Origin: an uncultured archaeon
Lineage (GTDB): Archaea; Nanobdellota; Nanobdellia; Pacearchaeales; GW2011-AR1
DNA length: 44,099 nucleotides
Assembly (NCBI GenBank): GCA_903873955.1
Contig: CAIQQL010000042.1
Coordinates: 1-44,099 of the forward strand
Reading direction: 5' to 3'
In this document: positions 19,592-29,213 of the stretch, piece after piece
Position numbering within the stretch: the first letter of the stretch is position 1
Layout: each line of letters opens with the position of its first letter
The notes under the pieces: generated by a model
What the model was told of the DNA's origin: nothing
Databases searched by the model: none
What the model saw: the letters and a program-made list of their open reading frames with translations, nothing else
Made by a program: the position numbers and the translations under genes

Positions 19592-20641
19592 ATGAGTCTT
19601 AGTAAAAACATGGATGAATCAACTCCGATTAAGGAAGTAAGTACGCCCGTATCTCAGAAAGTTTCTTTTCTTGATTCTATGAAAGCTAATCTTTGGATGC
19701 CTGCAACAATCATACTTGCAGTTGTCTTGATTATAGTCTTGGTCTTTTTTGTTGGGAAGCCCGGAGCAGCAGTTAGCGGAAATACAGTCAACGCCAATAC
19801 GAATGATTTAAGTCAAACAACTATTGGTCAAAAGGGAGTTGAATTCATCAATGCACAGCTTATGAGGGGGAATGATAGCGTAACCTTGGATTCAGTTAGT
19901 GATATGGGGGCTTATTATGAAGTGATGGTCAACTATAACAACCGAAAAGTCCCAGCTGATTTCAGCAAGGATGGAAAATACTTCTTTGCCCAGGTCATCC
20001 CACTCAATGCCACATTACCTAAGACCGATACTACTACAACAGCTTCTGCTCCTACGACCCCTGTTCAGATTGAGATAGGAAACTCACCAAAGATTGGAAA
20101 TAGTTCTGCTCCAGTCACCGTAGTTGAATTTTCAGACTTCTCATGCCCATTCTGTGGCGCGGCCTCTGGCCAGGCAGCTGATTTAGTGGCTTATATGAAA
20201 AACAATGACCCTACTTGGGAAGCACCTGTTCCAGGGATTATGAAAGATTATGTTCAAACGGGAAAAGTACAATTTGTCTATAAGTATGCCTTTGGTCACA
20301 CTGGCGGGCATAGTGCAAGTTCGGTCGGCTGGTGTCTTTATGACCAAAATGCGAGCCTTTACTGGACATTCTATGATCAGGCGTTTGCCCATCAAGCAGA
20401 TGTTGAAAGCCTAGACAAGATGAAAGCACTGGCTCAAACTCTTGGTGCGGATATGACCTCATTGAATTCCTGCTTAACTGCCAAGACCCATGATGCCCAA
20501 TTTGATACTGAAGCGGCTCAGGCAACTGCTGCCGGCGTCTCAGGCACCCCTGCATTCTTTGTCAATGGCAAGCTTACAGAAGGTGCAGTTTCCTATCCTA
20601 CACTTAAAGCATCAATTGATGCAGCCCTTGCAGGTAATTAG
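19592..20641 (+). CDS. Membrane-anchored DsbA/thioredoxin-fold oxidoreductase
   Basis: N-terminal TM, DsbC-like N-domain (SKDGKYF), EFSDFSCPFC and GVSGTPAFFVNG. Confidence 0.9.
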   Translation: MSLSKNMDESTPIKEVSTPVSQKVSFLDSMKANLWMPATIILAVVLIIVLVFFVGKPGAAVSGNTVNANTNDLSQTTIGQKGVEFINAQLMRGNDSVTLDSVSDMGAYYEVMVNYNNRKVPADFSKDGKYFFAQVIPLNATLPKTDTTTTASAPTTPVQIEIGNSPKIGNSSAPVTVVEFSDFSCPFCGAASGQAADLVAYMKNNDPTWEAPVPGIMKDYVQTGKVQFVYKYAFGHTGGHSASSVGWCLYDQNASLYWTFYDQAFAHQADVESLDKMKALAQTLGADMTSLNSCLTAKTHDAQFDTEAAQATAAGVSGTPAFFVNGKLTEGAVSYPTLKASIDAALAGN

Positions 20642-20659
20642 TTATTTTTTGATTCTTTT

Positions 20660-21193
20660 TTAAAGACGCTTTGAAGAGATTGCCTCATAAACCTTTTGGG
20701 TCAGAGGCATGATGAGTGGATCCTTTTTTCGCCTAAGAAACTTCACAATCACCACTTCACGTTTTTCTTCTTCATATAATGAAATTGTGTGGATTGGTAT
20801 AAATCCCAATGATTGCATAAAGACCAGAAGCTGGTGCCGTTCCTCACGAACATCCCCAATAAGAGCATCATAGTTACCTTGCGCTTCAACTTCAAGCTGC
20901 CTGACCATGAACCTGGCAAAGTCCCTGCCCCTATACTGATCATGAATTCTCAGATTTTTAATCTCCAGCAAAGAGGTAACGGTCTTGTGGGGTTGAAAGA
21001 CCAAGTTCCCTGCCAATCTCCCTCCGCTATAAGCCAAGATACTTCCTTTATAGCCGGCAGCAAGTTCAGTGCGTGCCCGGTCTACCCACTCATGATATCG
21101 GGGATACCCTAAATCCTGCCTGTGCATAAATGCTATCAGGTCACCAAGTTCATGACTGTCCCGCAAGGTAGTAAAATGAAAATCAAAAGACAT
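20660..21193 (-). CDS. GNAT-family acetyltransferase
   Basis: EIKNLRIHDQYRGRDFA (motif A) and FMQSLGF (motif B). Confidence 0.8.
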   Translation of the reverse strand: MSFDFHFTTLRDSHELGDLIAFMHRQDLGYPRYHEWVDRARTELAAGYKGSILAYSGGRLAGNLVFQPHKTVTSLLEIKNLRIHDQYRGRDFARFMVRQLEVEAQGNYDALIGDVREERHQLLVFMQSLGFIPIHTISLYEEEKREVVIVKFLRRKKDPLIMPLTQKVYEAISSKRL

Positions 21194-21248
21194 CTAGTAG
21201 AAAGCCAAGCAATTATTATAAAGATTTATGTCATAAGGGAAAAATAAA

Positions 21249-21270
21249 ACCCTTACAGATCTGTAAGGGT
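21249..21270. repeat. Perfect 22-bp palindrome (terminator- or operator-like)
   Basis: ACCCTTACAGATCTGTAAGGGT is its own reverse complement. Confidence 0.8.
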
Positions 21271-21289
21271 CATAAAAAAATTAAAAGAA

Positions 21290-21490
21290 TTATCTCCTTC
21301 TTTTTGCTTTTTGTTTAGGCAGGTCCTTGCACCATTTGCATTCAGTACCAACCCAAGTTATCAAGATAACAAACAATGCTGAGATGATGATAATGCTTTT
21401 CGACAAACCTTCATTAACTAGGTCTGGCCAAAAAGTAAAAATCAAAACGAATGCAGCAAATATAGTTATTCCTATTTTAGCACAGGTCAT
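21290..21490 (-). CDS. Small 2-TM protein with C-terminal CxxC and basic tail
   Basis: 66 aa, GGAGG Shine-Dalgarno upstream, two hydrophobic segments and CKWC. Confidence 0.65.
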   Translation of the reverse strand: MTCAKIGITIFAAFVLIFTFWPDLVNEGLSKSIIIISALFVILITWVGTECKWCKDLPKQKAKRRR

Positions 21491-21553
21491 TTTTCCCTCC
21501 TTTAGGTAGGATACCCATCCGCGTTTATTAACTTTATCCTTACTTAAAACCAG

Positions 21554-22294
21554 TTACAATTGAAAGATAAAGCCATTTCTACTCCAAAACCAAAGGGGAG
21601 GATGCATGTCGATGGGATTGATTCCTGAACCTTTAAGGGCCAGTCTCCATCGTTCGGATATCCTTTCTTTTGAAAGGCTCTTTGCCTCATCAAGGGTTAT
21701 CACGCCTAAACGCACTGAACCTTGGGTGATATGCGTATCTGGCGCAATTTCGATATACTCCCTGCTTGCGAGAGGGACATGCCCGTACTCGCAGAGAATA
21801 AACGCCCAGTAATTAAAAATCTTGGGTCCAGAAAGATAAGGGAACCCTTTTTTATAGGTTTGCTGCACTATCTCCTTAAGCTGGAGATAATCTGTATTGG
21901 AAGTTAAGATCAGGTTTTGAAAGGAACCAAAATTGTAGGCAATAGTTTTTGCAAGAGTCTGCCATGTTTCAATGTGCTTGTTAGGCTGCAAAGCAAGACG
22001 GTATTTTAATAGCGACTCCCGCAGGGCATCTTTGTCCATCTTGGCAACAACGGAAATATCAAAGACCTCCTTTGTTGCCGGGTCCAGATAGGTCTTCAAC
22101 GCAGATTCCCACAGTTTATAACTGTCTCTTTGATAATTGAGAGCCATAGGAAGTGAAAAATAAGAAAGTCTTCTTTCCTGCTCAGAGGGTAAAAACATCG
22201 GGCTTGTATCCTCAGGCATTTTTGTCTGCCCAAGTTTACCTGATCTGAACGCTTCAATAAGTCTTGAACATTTCTCGATAAAAAGCCGGTCCAT
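21554..22294 (-). CDS. HhH-GPD superfamily DNA glycosylase-like protein
   Basis: FPYLSGPKIFN...IAPDTHI parallels the endonuclease III LPGVGRKTAN...IAVDTHI signature. No Fe-S cysteines. Confidence 0.6.
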   Translation of the reverse strand: MDRLFIEKCSRLIEAFRSGKLGQTKMPEDTSPMFLPSEQERRLSYFSLPMALNYQRDSYKLWESALKTYLDPATKEVFDISVVAKMDKDALRESLLKYRLALQPNKHIETWQTLAKTIAYNFGSFQNLILTSNTDYLQLKEIVQQTYKKGFPYLSGPKIFNYWAFILCEYGHVPLASREYIEIAPDTHITQGSVRLGVITLDEAKSLSKERISERWRLALKGSGINPIDMHPPLWFWSRNGFIFQL

Positions 22295-22352
22295 CACAAT
22301 CCTATTGCGCGCTACCTAATAAATTCTTTGAAAACTAAATCAGAATCACCCT

Positions 22353-22586
22353 CTACTTTTTCTGCATAAAACTCCAAAGGGAGTACACCAGAATAAGCAC
22401 GACCACTGCAAGAGACAAGGGCAAGGGATGAAATGCAAACTGTGCCCAGGAAGGAGGAGGACAGTCGCATAAATGGCCCGAAGCACAATTGCAGTTCATT
22501 CTCGCGCTTCCCGCAATCAGATAATTAGTCAAAATGCATAAAATCAAGGAGATGAATAATTTCCAGGGCGTAGGTTTAAGATTCAT
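22353..22586 (-). CDS. Small 2-TM protein with Cys-rich loop
   Basis: MNLKPT start, then TM, CNC-x5-CDC loop, TM. TATA-like TTTATA about 25 nt upstream. Confidence 0.6.
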   Translation of the reverse strand: MNLKPTPWKLFISLILCILTNYLIAGSARMNCNCASGHLCDCPPPSWAQFAFHPLPLSLAVVVLILVYSLWSFMQKK

Positions 22587-22672
22587 CAAACAAGCAATTT
22601 TCAAAACTATAAATAGTTACTTATTACTCCCAGTTATTTAACATCCATATGTCAACAACAGTGACTGAAGAA

Positions 22673-23086
22673 CTAGGATGTCCTTTGCAATTGCGCAAGA
22701 AAATCAACCCCTCTTCGCCCAAGACGTTTAAATACTGGATAGACCATGTTCAGATTGTTCATCTGCGCAGCATGCTCTAGGGAGGTTTCACGCAAAGAAA
22801 AGCCTGCCCGATCACCTACTTTTTCCATCACCCAAATGTTTCTTTCTGGATCCTCAGAAGTCACCGTCACAACAAGATTGAAAGGCTGACCGGGTCTGAG
22901 CGTAGCGATACTATGGGAGACCATCAGTAAATATTCAGGGGTCTGCTCTTCAAAATAAGCGAACTGCCGGGTGTTGCCTAACACACTAGGGGTGGATTGG
23001 ATGCCTGCATTAAACGCCCTTAATCGTTGGTACACATCAATTGGCTCATATATCCCTACTCTTGTCAGTGTCGTTATTCCAGTCAT
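22673..23086 (-). CDS. Hypothetical protein
   Basis: 137-aa ORF filling the gap with plausible composition; no recognised motif. Confidence 0.55.
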   Translation of the reverse strand: MTGITTLTRVGIYEPIDVYQRLRAFNAGIQSTPSVLGNTRQFAYFEEQTPEYLLMVSHSIATLRPGQPFNLVVTVTSEDPERNIWVMEKVGDRAGFSLRETSLEHAAQMNNLNMVYPVFKRLGRRGVDFLAQLQRTS

Positions 23087-23202
23087 TGTCTAGGTTCAGA
23101 AACAGTCTGAGGCTGATCACCTCAAGAAAATAAAATCATTTTTGATTAATAAATGCTTTGTCTAGGAATATAACCGGAGAGCCAATACATGAAGAGGAGT
23201 TA

Positions 23203-24036
23203 TTACTCTTTTTGAAGCTCATAACCTTGATAGGGCATCTCCTTACCCTGATAGAGAACAAAGGGGTTGCCATCCGGATGGAATTTATCCTGATGCAAAG
23301 CAAATTCTCCATGAGATATCGCTCTGAGAGCAAAGCGTAGGGAAGGCCAGTCACTGCTTTCCTTCTGAAAATTTTGATGCTTGCCCGCCTCGTTTTGAGT
23401 TATAGGGCGGTCACCAGCATAGGCAATTGATGGTCCCGTGACCAGAATTGCACCAGCATCAGTCTCTGGATCTACCAAAATAATCGAAGACCTCGTCATT
23501 GTCTCACCGGCATGCAATGCGTCAAACACAGCATTTTCACCAATGTAGGTTCTTGAGCCGTCAGGATTAAGTTTTCCAAGATAAGCAGGATGGACATTGA
23601 TCGCACGGTTAGTAAACCTTCGTTGCAATGCTCCTTTGAATAACCTCATATACCCTGCTAGCAACGCCAAATCAAAAACGAAACCTTTTTCTTCCTCAAA
23701 CCCTGCCACCAATCGAAGCAGTTCATGATTATAGACCTGTGATTTCTGTTCATAGGCAACCCTCCCTTCAATGGTTTGCTGGGCAGTTTTCCAGCTCCCA
23801 CACCATTCAAGACCTGGAAGAGTACGGTGGGCAATCCCATATTCTTTGGCATATCTAATTGCACCGATAGTCTCGCCTTTCTTTGTTTCCTTGTCAGTCA
23901 CCAAAAGGTCGATAGAGAAATTACTGCCCGGTAACCTCGACTCCAAGACCGCTTCCCTAAAATTCGTCCCGCTGCCTGATGCGAATGCGACCACTCTCAT
24001 CGTGCCACGAGCCGGATCAAAGATCATTTCACCCAT
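23203..24036 (-). CDS. purN: Phosphoribosylglycinamide formyltransferase (PurN-like, extended)
   Basis: FASGSGTN, LAGYMR, INVHPA and the D in ETDAG. Last gene of the pur operon; likely start MGEMIF at 24036. Confidence 0.85.
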   Translation of the reverse strand: MGEMIFDPARGTMRVVAFASGSGTNFREAVLESRLPGSNFSIDLLVTDKETKKGETIGAIRYAKEYGIAHRTLPGLEWCGSWKTAQQTIEGRVAYEQKSQVYNHELLRLVAGFEEEKGFVFDLALLAGYMRLFKGALQRRFTNRAINVHPAYLGKLNPDGSRTYIGENAVFDALHAGETMTRSSIILVDPETDAGAILVTGPSIAYAGDRPITQNEAGKHQNFQKESSDWPSLRFALRAISHGEFALHQDKFHPDGNPFVLYQGKEMPYQGYELQKE

Positions 24037-24037
24037 C

Positions 24038-25999
24038 TTAAAAGGTAAGTTCGGGCTCTTTTGAAGAGCCGACACCTTTATTTTTGATTAGGATACCCGT
24101 TCTCTTTGTTATTTTTCCCGCACATCTGGCTTCGATGCCGTGCTCTTGCGCAAGTTTCAGCACTTTCTCGGGCTCAGGCGTGATGACCAGCATGCCGTTC
24201 CCCATATTCCAAGTCCTATATGCCTCAGCATCTTTGATATTCCCTAACTTTTGGCAGTGCAACATAATAGGGGCTGGCTCAAACAAGTCACCCAAATCAG
24301 CACCAAGACCGCTTGGCTTGAGAATCCTCCCCAGCTTCCCCGGAATGCCTCCGCCCGTTACATGCACAACCCCGTGAAGTTTCGCTTTCGCTTCTTTTGA
24401 GATCCCTCCATGCATATCCACAATTGCATTGCAGTAAATCTTTGAGGGTGTCAGTGCCAATTTACCAAGAGAATTGCCGTTAAAATCCGTCAAATGCCAG
24501 TCTTCTCCATAGGCTTGCTTAAAGACCTTCCTGGCCAGAGAAAGCCCATTGGACCTGAATCCTGCTTCCTTCAATGCAACAACAGCATCTCCTTCTTTTA
24601 TTTCAGACCCTGTGAACAACTTGCCCTTATTTGCAAACCAGACAAGACCCGCACCCCAGTTATAATGAAAGTCTCCAAACCCTCCAACCTGGGCCCCAAG
24701 CTCAGCGAGTTCGCCATTGATGATCGCTACATTCGCCGCTTTTGCAGCATCAACATATCCTCTGGCCAACTGGAGCATCTGGACAATCTTGGAGTTATCA
24801 TCAGAGCCCAACGAGTTTACATCTAAGATTGAACCGACGAGCACAGGTTCCCCGCCCCTGACTACCGCATCATCACACACCATCGCTAAAAGGTCAAATG
24901 CGATCGTACTATGGTCGTTTAGCCTTTCAGCTATCTCGACTTTGGTGCCAATGCCATCAAATCCTAAGCACATCATGGTCCCTGCTGGAAGCCCGCTCAC
25001 ATCAATCATCCTTAATCCCGAGAAATCATCAAAGGGGACAATGACCTCGCCAAGCAGACCTTTCCGGTTCTGCCAAGTCTGCTTTGCAGCATGATACAGG
25101 ATTTTGGATGCGTCATCTCCCAACTCAATGTTGACCCCCGCATCAGCATAACTAAGCGCATCATTCTTTAACTCCCTGGAAAGCATCGGATGCTCAAGGA
25201 CATAATTTACAGCATTACGAAAAAGAGTCAAGGCCGGTTCGTAAAACTCAGGGATCTCGCGATGCTGTCTTCTGAGACTTTCCCGGACATTATGAAAATC
25301 AGGGGCATTTGCAAAAAATAGGGCCCGTTCAGGATGAGGCATCATCCCCAGGATTCTCCCGCTTTTATCGCAGATCGCGGCAATATCACTTACAGACCCG
25401 TTAGGGTTGTAAGGAAAGACCCCATCTGCAAGATCCCCATTCTGCAGGGCATATCTGAACACAATCTGCTTATTTTCTGACAGTTCCTTGAGCACCTCGC
25501 TTGTCGCATAAAACTTGCCTTCGCCATGGGCCACAGGGACATGAAGGATATCAAGATTTTTTGCAAAGACGCTGAGGTCACTTTGTTTTTTCAGGTGCAC
25601 CCATCGGCATTCATACCTTGCAGAGTTGTTGAATGTCAATGCCACTTCCCTTTCCCCATAATTGTTCTTCAGGGCAGGCAAAAGACCGAGATTCACCAGT
25701 ATCTGAAAACCGTTGCAGATGCCAATAATCAGCTTTTCTGCCTCAATGAACTCCAGCAGTTCCTTAAAAATATTCAGTCGTATCTTATTTGCCATGGCGA
25801 TGCCTGAGCCCGTATCATCACCGTAAGAAAACCCTCCTGGAAACACAAGGACCTGATAATCCTTAAGACTCTTTTCCCCGTTGATCAGGTCATTGATATG
25901 AACGATATCCGCTTCTGCGCCAGCCAACTCAAAAGTGAACTTCGTCTCCCGTTCGCAATTAATGCCATATCCTGATAAGACTAACACTTTTGGTTTCAT
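24038..25999 (-). CDS. Fused FGAM synthase glutaminase (PurQ) and AIR synthase (PurM)
   Basis: N-half has GYGINCE, PGGFSYGD, GICNGFQ, AHGEG and MMPHPER. C-half has SYADAGV, DGIGTK, GFRSNG, HVTGGG and TWNMGNG. No stop between the halves. Confidence 0.92.
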   Translation of the reverse strand: MKPKVLVLSGYGINCERETKFTFELAGAEADIVHINDLINGEKSLKDYQVLVFPGGFSYGDDTGSGIAMANKIRLNIFKELLEFIEAEKLIIGICNGFQILVNLGLLPALKNNYGEREVALTFNNSARYECRWVHLKKQSDLSVFAKNLDILHVPVAHGEGKFYATSEVLKELSENKQIVFRYALQNGDLADGVFPYNPNGSVSDIAAICDKSGRILGMMPHPERALFFANAPDFHNVRESLRRQHREIPEFYEPALTLFRNAVNYVLEHPMLSRELKNDALSYADAGVNIELGDDASKILYHAAKQTWQNRKGLLGEVIVPFDDFSGLRMIDVSGLPAGTMMCLGFDGIGTKVEIAERLNDHSTIAFDLLAMVCDDAVVRGGEPVLVGSILDVNSLGSDDNSKIVQMLQLARGYVDAAKAANVAIINGELAELGAQVGGFGDFHYNWGAGLVWFANKGKLFTGSEIKEGDAVVALKEAGFRSNGLSLARKVFKQAYGEDWHLTDFNGNSLGKLALTPSKIYCNAIVDMHGGISKEAKAKLHGVVHVTGGGIPGKLGRILKPSGLGADLGDLFEPAPIMLHCQKLGNIKDAEAYRTWNMGNGMLVITPEPEKVLKLAQEHGIEARCAGKITKRTGILIKNKGVGSSKEPELTF

Positions 26000-28977
26000 G
26001 CAAAACTCCTAAACCTTCGTTTGTAATGCTTTTCAAGCTCACCAACGTCGGTCTGCACAATCTTCGCTCCAGAAAGTCCCTGGATGATGAAGTCTCCAGA
26101 GATCACTTTACCGATTTTTGAAAATCCGGCATGGGCAAAGATACTTTCAAACTCCTTTTCCGATTCCGGAGCAACACTCACCAAGATTCGCGATTGGCTT
26201 TCACTGAAGAGAAGCGCATCATCCCGGTCCGCATCCCCGCTCCGTTTCATTTTAGCAAGATCCACTAATGCCCCGAGTTCTCCGGCGATACACATCTTGG
26301 CCAAAGCGATACCCAATCCTCCAGAATTCACAGGTATGCTGCTTGCTATGATCCCTTTATCAACTGCTTTGCTAAATTCAGAATAAAGTTCGACCGCCTT
26401 GCCGGCATTGACCTTAGGGACCTTGTTCCCGATGTAAGGCTTGCCCGTATTCTCTTTCCCAGCAAAATCAAAATATTCACTTGCCCCCAGCTCGTTTTTT
26501 GTTTCTCCCAGAAGATACAAGGTGTCCCCAGCATATTTTGCGTCAAGAGAAACTGTCTTTCGATAGTCTTCGATAACACCCAGAGAAGAGATAAGCAAGG
26601 TAGGCAGCACTGAAATCTTCACTGCATTTCCAAGTTCATCAAATCCTTTGAAATCATTAAACATACTGTCTTTGCCAGAGATGAAGGGAGTTTTGTACGC
26701 CAAGGCATAGTCATAACAAGCCTTTGCGGCAGCCTTGAGTTCACCAAGCCTTCCAGGTTCATCAGAACTGCACCAACAAAAATTGTCCAAGAGCGCCAGT
26801 TTTTGCAGATCTCCGCCTGCCGCAATTACATTCTTAATCGCGGTGTCGATTGCACAAGCAGCCATATGATACGGATTGATGAGGCTATACCTTGCGTTAA
26901 TTCCCTGGCTTGCGATAACTGCCTTCTTTGAATCTAAAAGAGGCCTTATTGCCGTCGTATAGGCATTGACCTCCCCTTTTCCTTGCACGGGCTTGAGAAT
27001 AGAACCTCCCTGGACCTCATGGTCATACTGCCTGGAGATAAAGGAAAAACTGGCAAGATTATGCTGTCTTAGCATCCCCAGCAAACTTGAAGTCAGGTTT
27101 GGAGGACAAGAAAAGGCAGGCTCATCATTCCAGGCCTTGGTTGTGATTGATTTGAGTTTCTTTTTAGGGACCCCGTCATGCAAGAACATCATGTCCAGGT
27201 CCAATATTTTTTTATTGTCATAGTTCACTACAGCCCTCCTAGATTCATTGAACTCTCCAATGATTGTTGCCTCAACACCCCGCTTTTCCATCAACTTCAG
27301 GAATTCGTCAGACTTTTCCTTAGGCACAGATAAAGTCATCCTTTCCTGCGACTCACTCACCCACATTTCCCAGAGTTGGATACCTGCATATTTTACCGGC
27401 ACTTTCTCCAAATCAACGACAAAACCTCCACATTCACGCGCCATCTCTGCGACAGAACATGACAGCCCACCTGCCCCATTATCAGTTATACTGTTATAGA
27501 GAACCGCATCTCTTGCTTCCTTGACAAGAGCATCACTCATCTTTTTTTGGGTGATTGGATCCCCAATCTGCACCGCAGTAGCGGGGCTTCCCGAGTCAAG
27601 TGCCTCTGATGAAAATGTAGCCCCGTGTATCCCATCTTTGCCTACCCTGCCACCTACAACAACAATATAGTCTCCTGCTTGCGCCTTCTTGAGATGCCCT
27701 TGAGTCCCTGCAATAGTTCGAGGTATAAGCCCCGCAGTACCTACAAAAACCAGCGGCTTGCCTTTATAGCTGTCATCAAAATAAACAAAGCCCTGTGGAG
27801 TCGGGATTCCTGAACAATTGCCACCGACCTTTACTCCATCGATGACTCCTTCCATGATCCTTAAGGGAGAAAGCGCAGGGTTGGTCTTATTTTTCCCTCT
27901 ATAGAGAATGCTCTTGTCTTCAGGATAACCAAAACAAAACCCGTACCGATTCATGATAGGGAGCGCCCCCTGACCAAAACCGATGGCATCCCTATTCACC
28001 CCGACAATGCCTGTGATTGAACCTCCAAAAGGATCAAGTGCAGAAGGGCTGTTATGGGTCTCCACTTTGTCAGTCACCAGATAGTGCTCATCAAAGATGA
28101 TCCCTCCCGAATTATCTTCAAAAACCGAGACGCAGAAATCGCGATCCCCCTTCATGGCCCGAATCTTGTTTGTGGCGTTTCTGATATAGGTCTTAAATAT
28201 CCCCTCCTTCAGTTCATCAAGCTCATTTGCAAAGATAGTATGCTTGCAATGTTCGCTCCATGTCTGGGCTATCGATTCCAGTTCAATGTCAAAAGGCATC
28301 CTCCTTTCTTCCTTCAAGAAATATTCCCGTATCACTTTCATGGACTCAAGGTCAAGAGCTAACGGACCTCTTCTTGAGCCATCAGCATTCATGATGCCTT
28401 GCTTGCCTATCTTGCTCAGCTCCTCATCACTCACCTCGAGATTAACCGTCTCAACAGCAGGAAGATCGAGGAGTTTAACTCGCGGGACAATATAGCTCAT
28501 GCCCTTCTCTTTCAGATATCTTTCCCGGCTTTTAATTGAAATACGGTTGATGAGTCCATTTGCCAACTGGTTTGCGATCTGTATTGTCTGGGGTTCGGTC
28601 AAGGTTCCTGTTACCAAGAACAGCTGCGAGCTAAAGACAGTTCCCTTCTCAAGACTCAAACGAAACAGATCAACAATCCCTTCCTGTACTGTGTTTGCTA
28701 TGTTATCCGTAACACCTGGAAGAAAACCAATCTCAATCGCCCAATCAGCTTTCATCTCCGTCGGAGCATCAATGATGAAGCGCTGTGTTATTGGATTTGC
28801 AAGCATCTGCGCGATGAATCGTAGTTGCTCTGGAGAAAAATCGTAATCAATGGTATATACCTCAACCACCTGGACATCAAGGATTTTTTCAGTTATCCCG
28901 AATGTGAGCATCTCTTTCTTTTTAACGCCGGCTCTCGCATCAGGGATTCTCGAAGAAATTTCTATCCGATGAGCCAT
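25996..28977 (-). CDS. purL: FGAM synthase PurL with N-terminal PurS-like region
   Basis: PGVTD, QTWSEHCKH, KVETHNSPS, DGIHGA, DNGAGG, SESQERM, QYDHEV and ISGKDS. Confidence 0.95.
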   Translation of the reverse strand: MAHRIEISSRIPDARAGVKKKEMLTFGITEKILDVQVVEVYTIDYDFSPEQLRFIAQMLANPITQRFIIDAPTEMKADWAIEIGFLPGVTDNIANTVQEGIVDLFRLSLEKGTVFSSQLFLVTGTLTEPQTIQIANQLANGLINRISIKSRERYLKEKGMSYIVPRVKLLDLPAVETVNLEVSDEELSKIGKQGIMNADGSRRGPLALDLESMKVIREYFLKEERRMPFDIELESIAQTWSEHCKHTIFANELDELKEGIFKTYIRNATNKIRAMKGDRDFCVSVFEDNSGGIIFDEHYLVTDKVETHNSPSALDPFGGSITGIVGVNRDAIGFGQGALPIMNRYGFCFGYPEDKSILYRGKNKTNPALSPLRIMEGVIDGVKVGGNCSGIPTPQGFVYFDDSYKGKPLVFVGTAGLIPRTIAGTQGHLKKAQAGDYIVVVGGRVGKDGIHGATFSSEALDSGSPATAVQIGDPITQKKMSDALVKEARDAVLYNSITDNGAGGLSCSVAEMARECGGFVVDLEKVPVKYAGIQLWEMWVSESQERMTLSVPKEKSDEFLKLMEKRGVEATIIGEFNESRRAVVNYDNKKILDLDMMFLHDGVPKKKLKSITTKAWNDEPAFSCPPNLTSSLLGMLRQHNLASFSFISRQYDHEVQGGSILKPVQGKGEVNAYTTAIRPLLDSKKAVIASQGINARYSLINPYHMAACAIDTAIKNVIAAGGDLQKLALLDNFCWCSSDEPGRLGELKAAAKACYDYALAYKTPFISGKDSMFNDFKGFDELGNAVKISVLPTLLISSLGVIEDYRKTVSLDAKYAGDTLYLLGETKNELGASEYFDFAGKENTGKPYIGNKVPKVNAGKAVELYSEFSKAVDKGIIASSIPVNSGGLGIALAKMCIAGELGALVDLAKMKRSGDADRDDALLFSESQSRILVSVAPESEKEFESIFAHAGFSKIGKVISGDFIIQGLSGAKIVQTDVGELEKHYKRRFRSFA

Positions 28978-29213
28978 ATAAAAGAATAGTAAAACTGTTT
29001 AAATTGATTTCTATGATTCAATCATCCATTTTATTTATCACTTTGATTGGATGAACTAACCGCCAGAGGAGGAGAAAACCCTCTCAAAAACCATTTATCC
29101 GTGATGCAGAAGAATTAATAACATCTTCCTTACAGGGCTCCCACCTTCTTTTATTATTGTTGTAGAAATTTCTTCAACTTTTATTCAAATAGGGTCTCAC
29201 CTCAGACACGCTG

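Noticed and set aside
28978..29213. Possible purine or ZTP riboswitch upstream of purL
   Set aside because: No recognisable aptamer consensus, and the TATA-like box is only about 21-26 nt from the ATG, leaving no leader.
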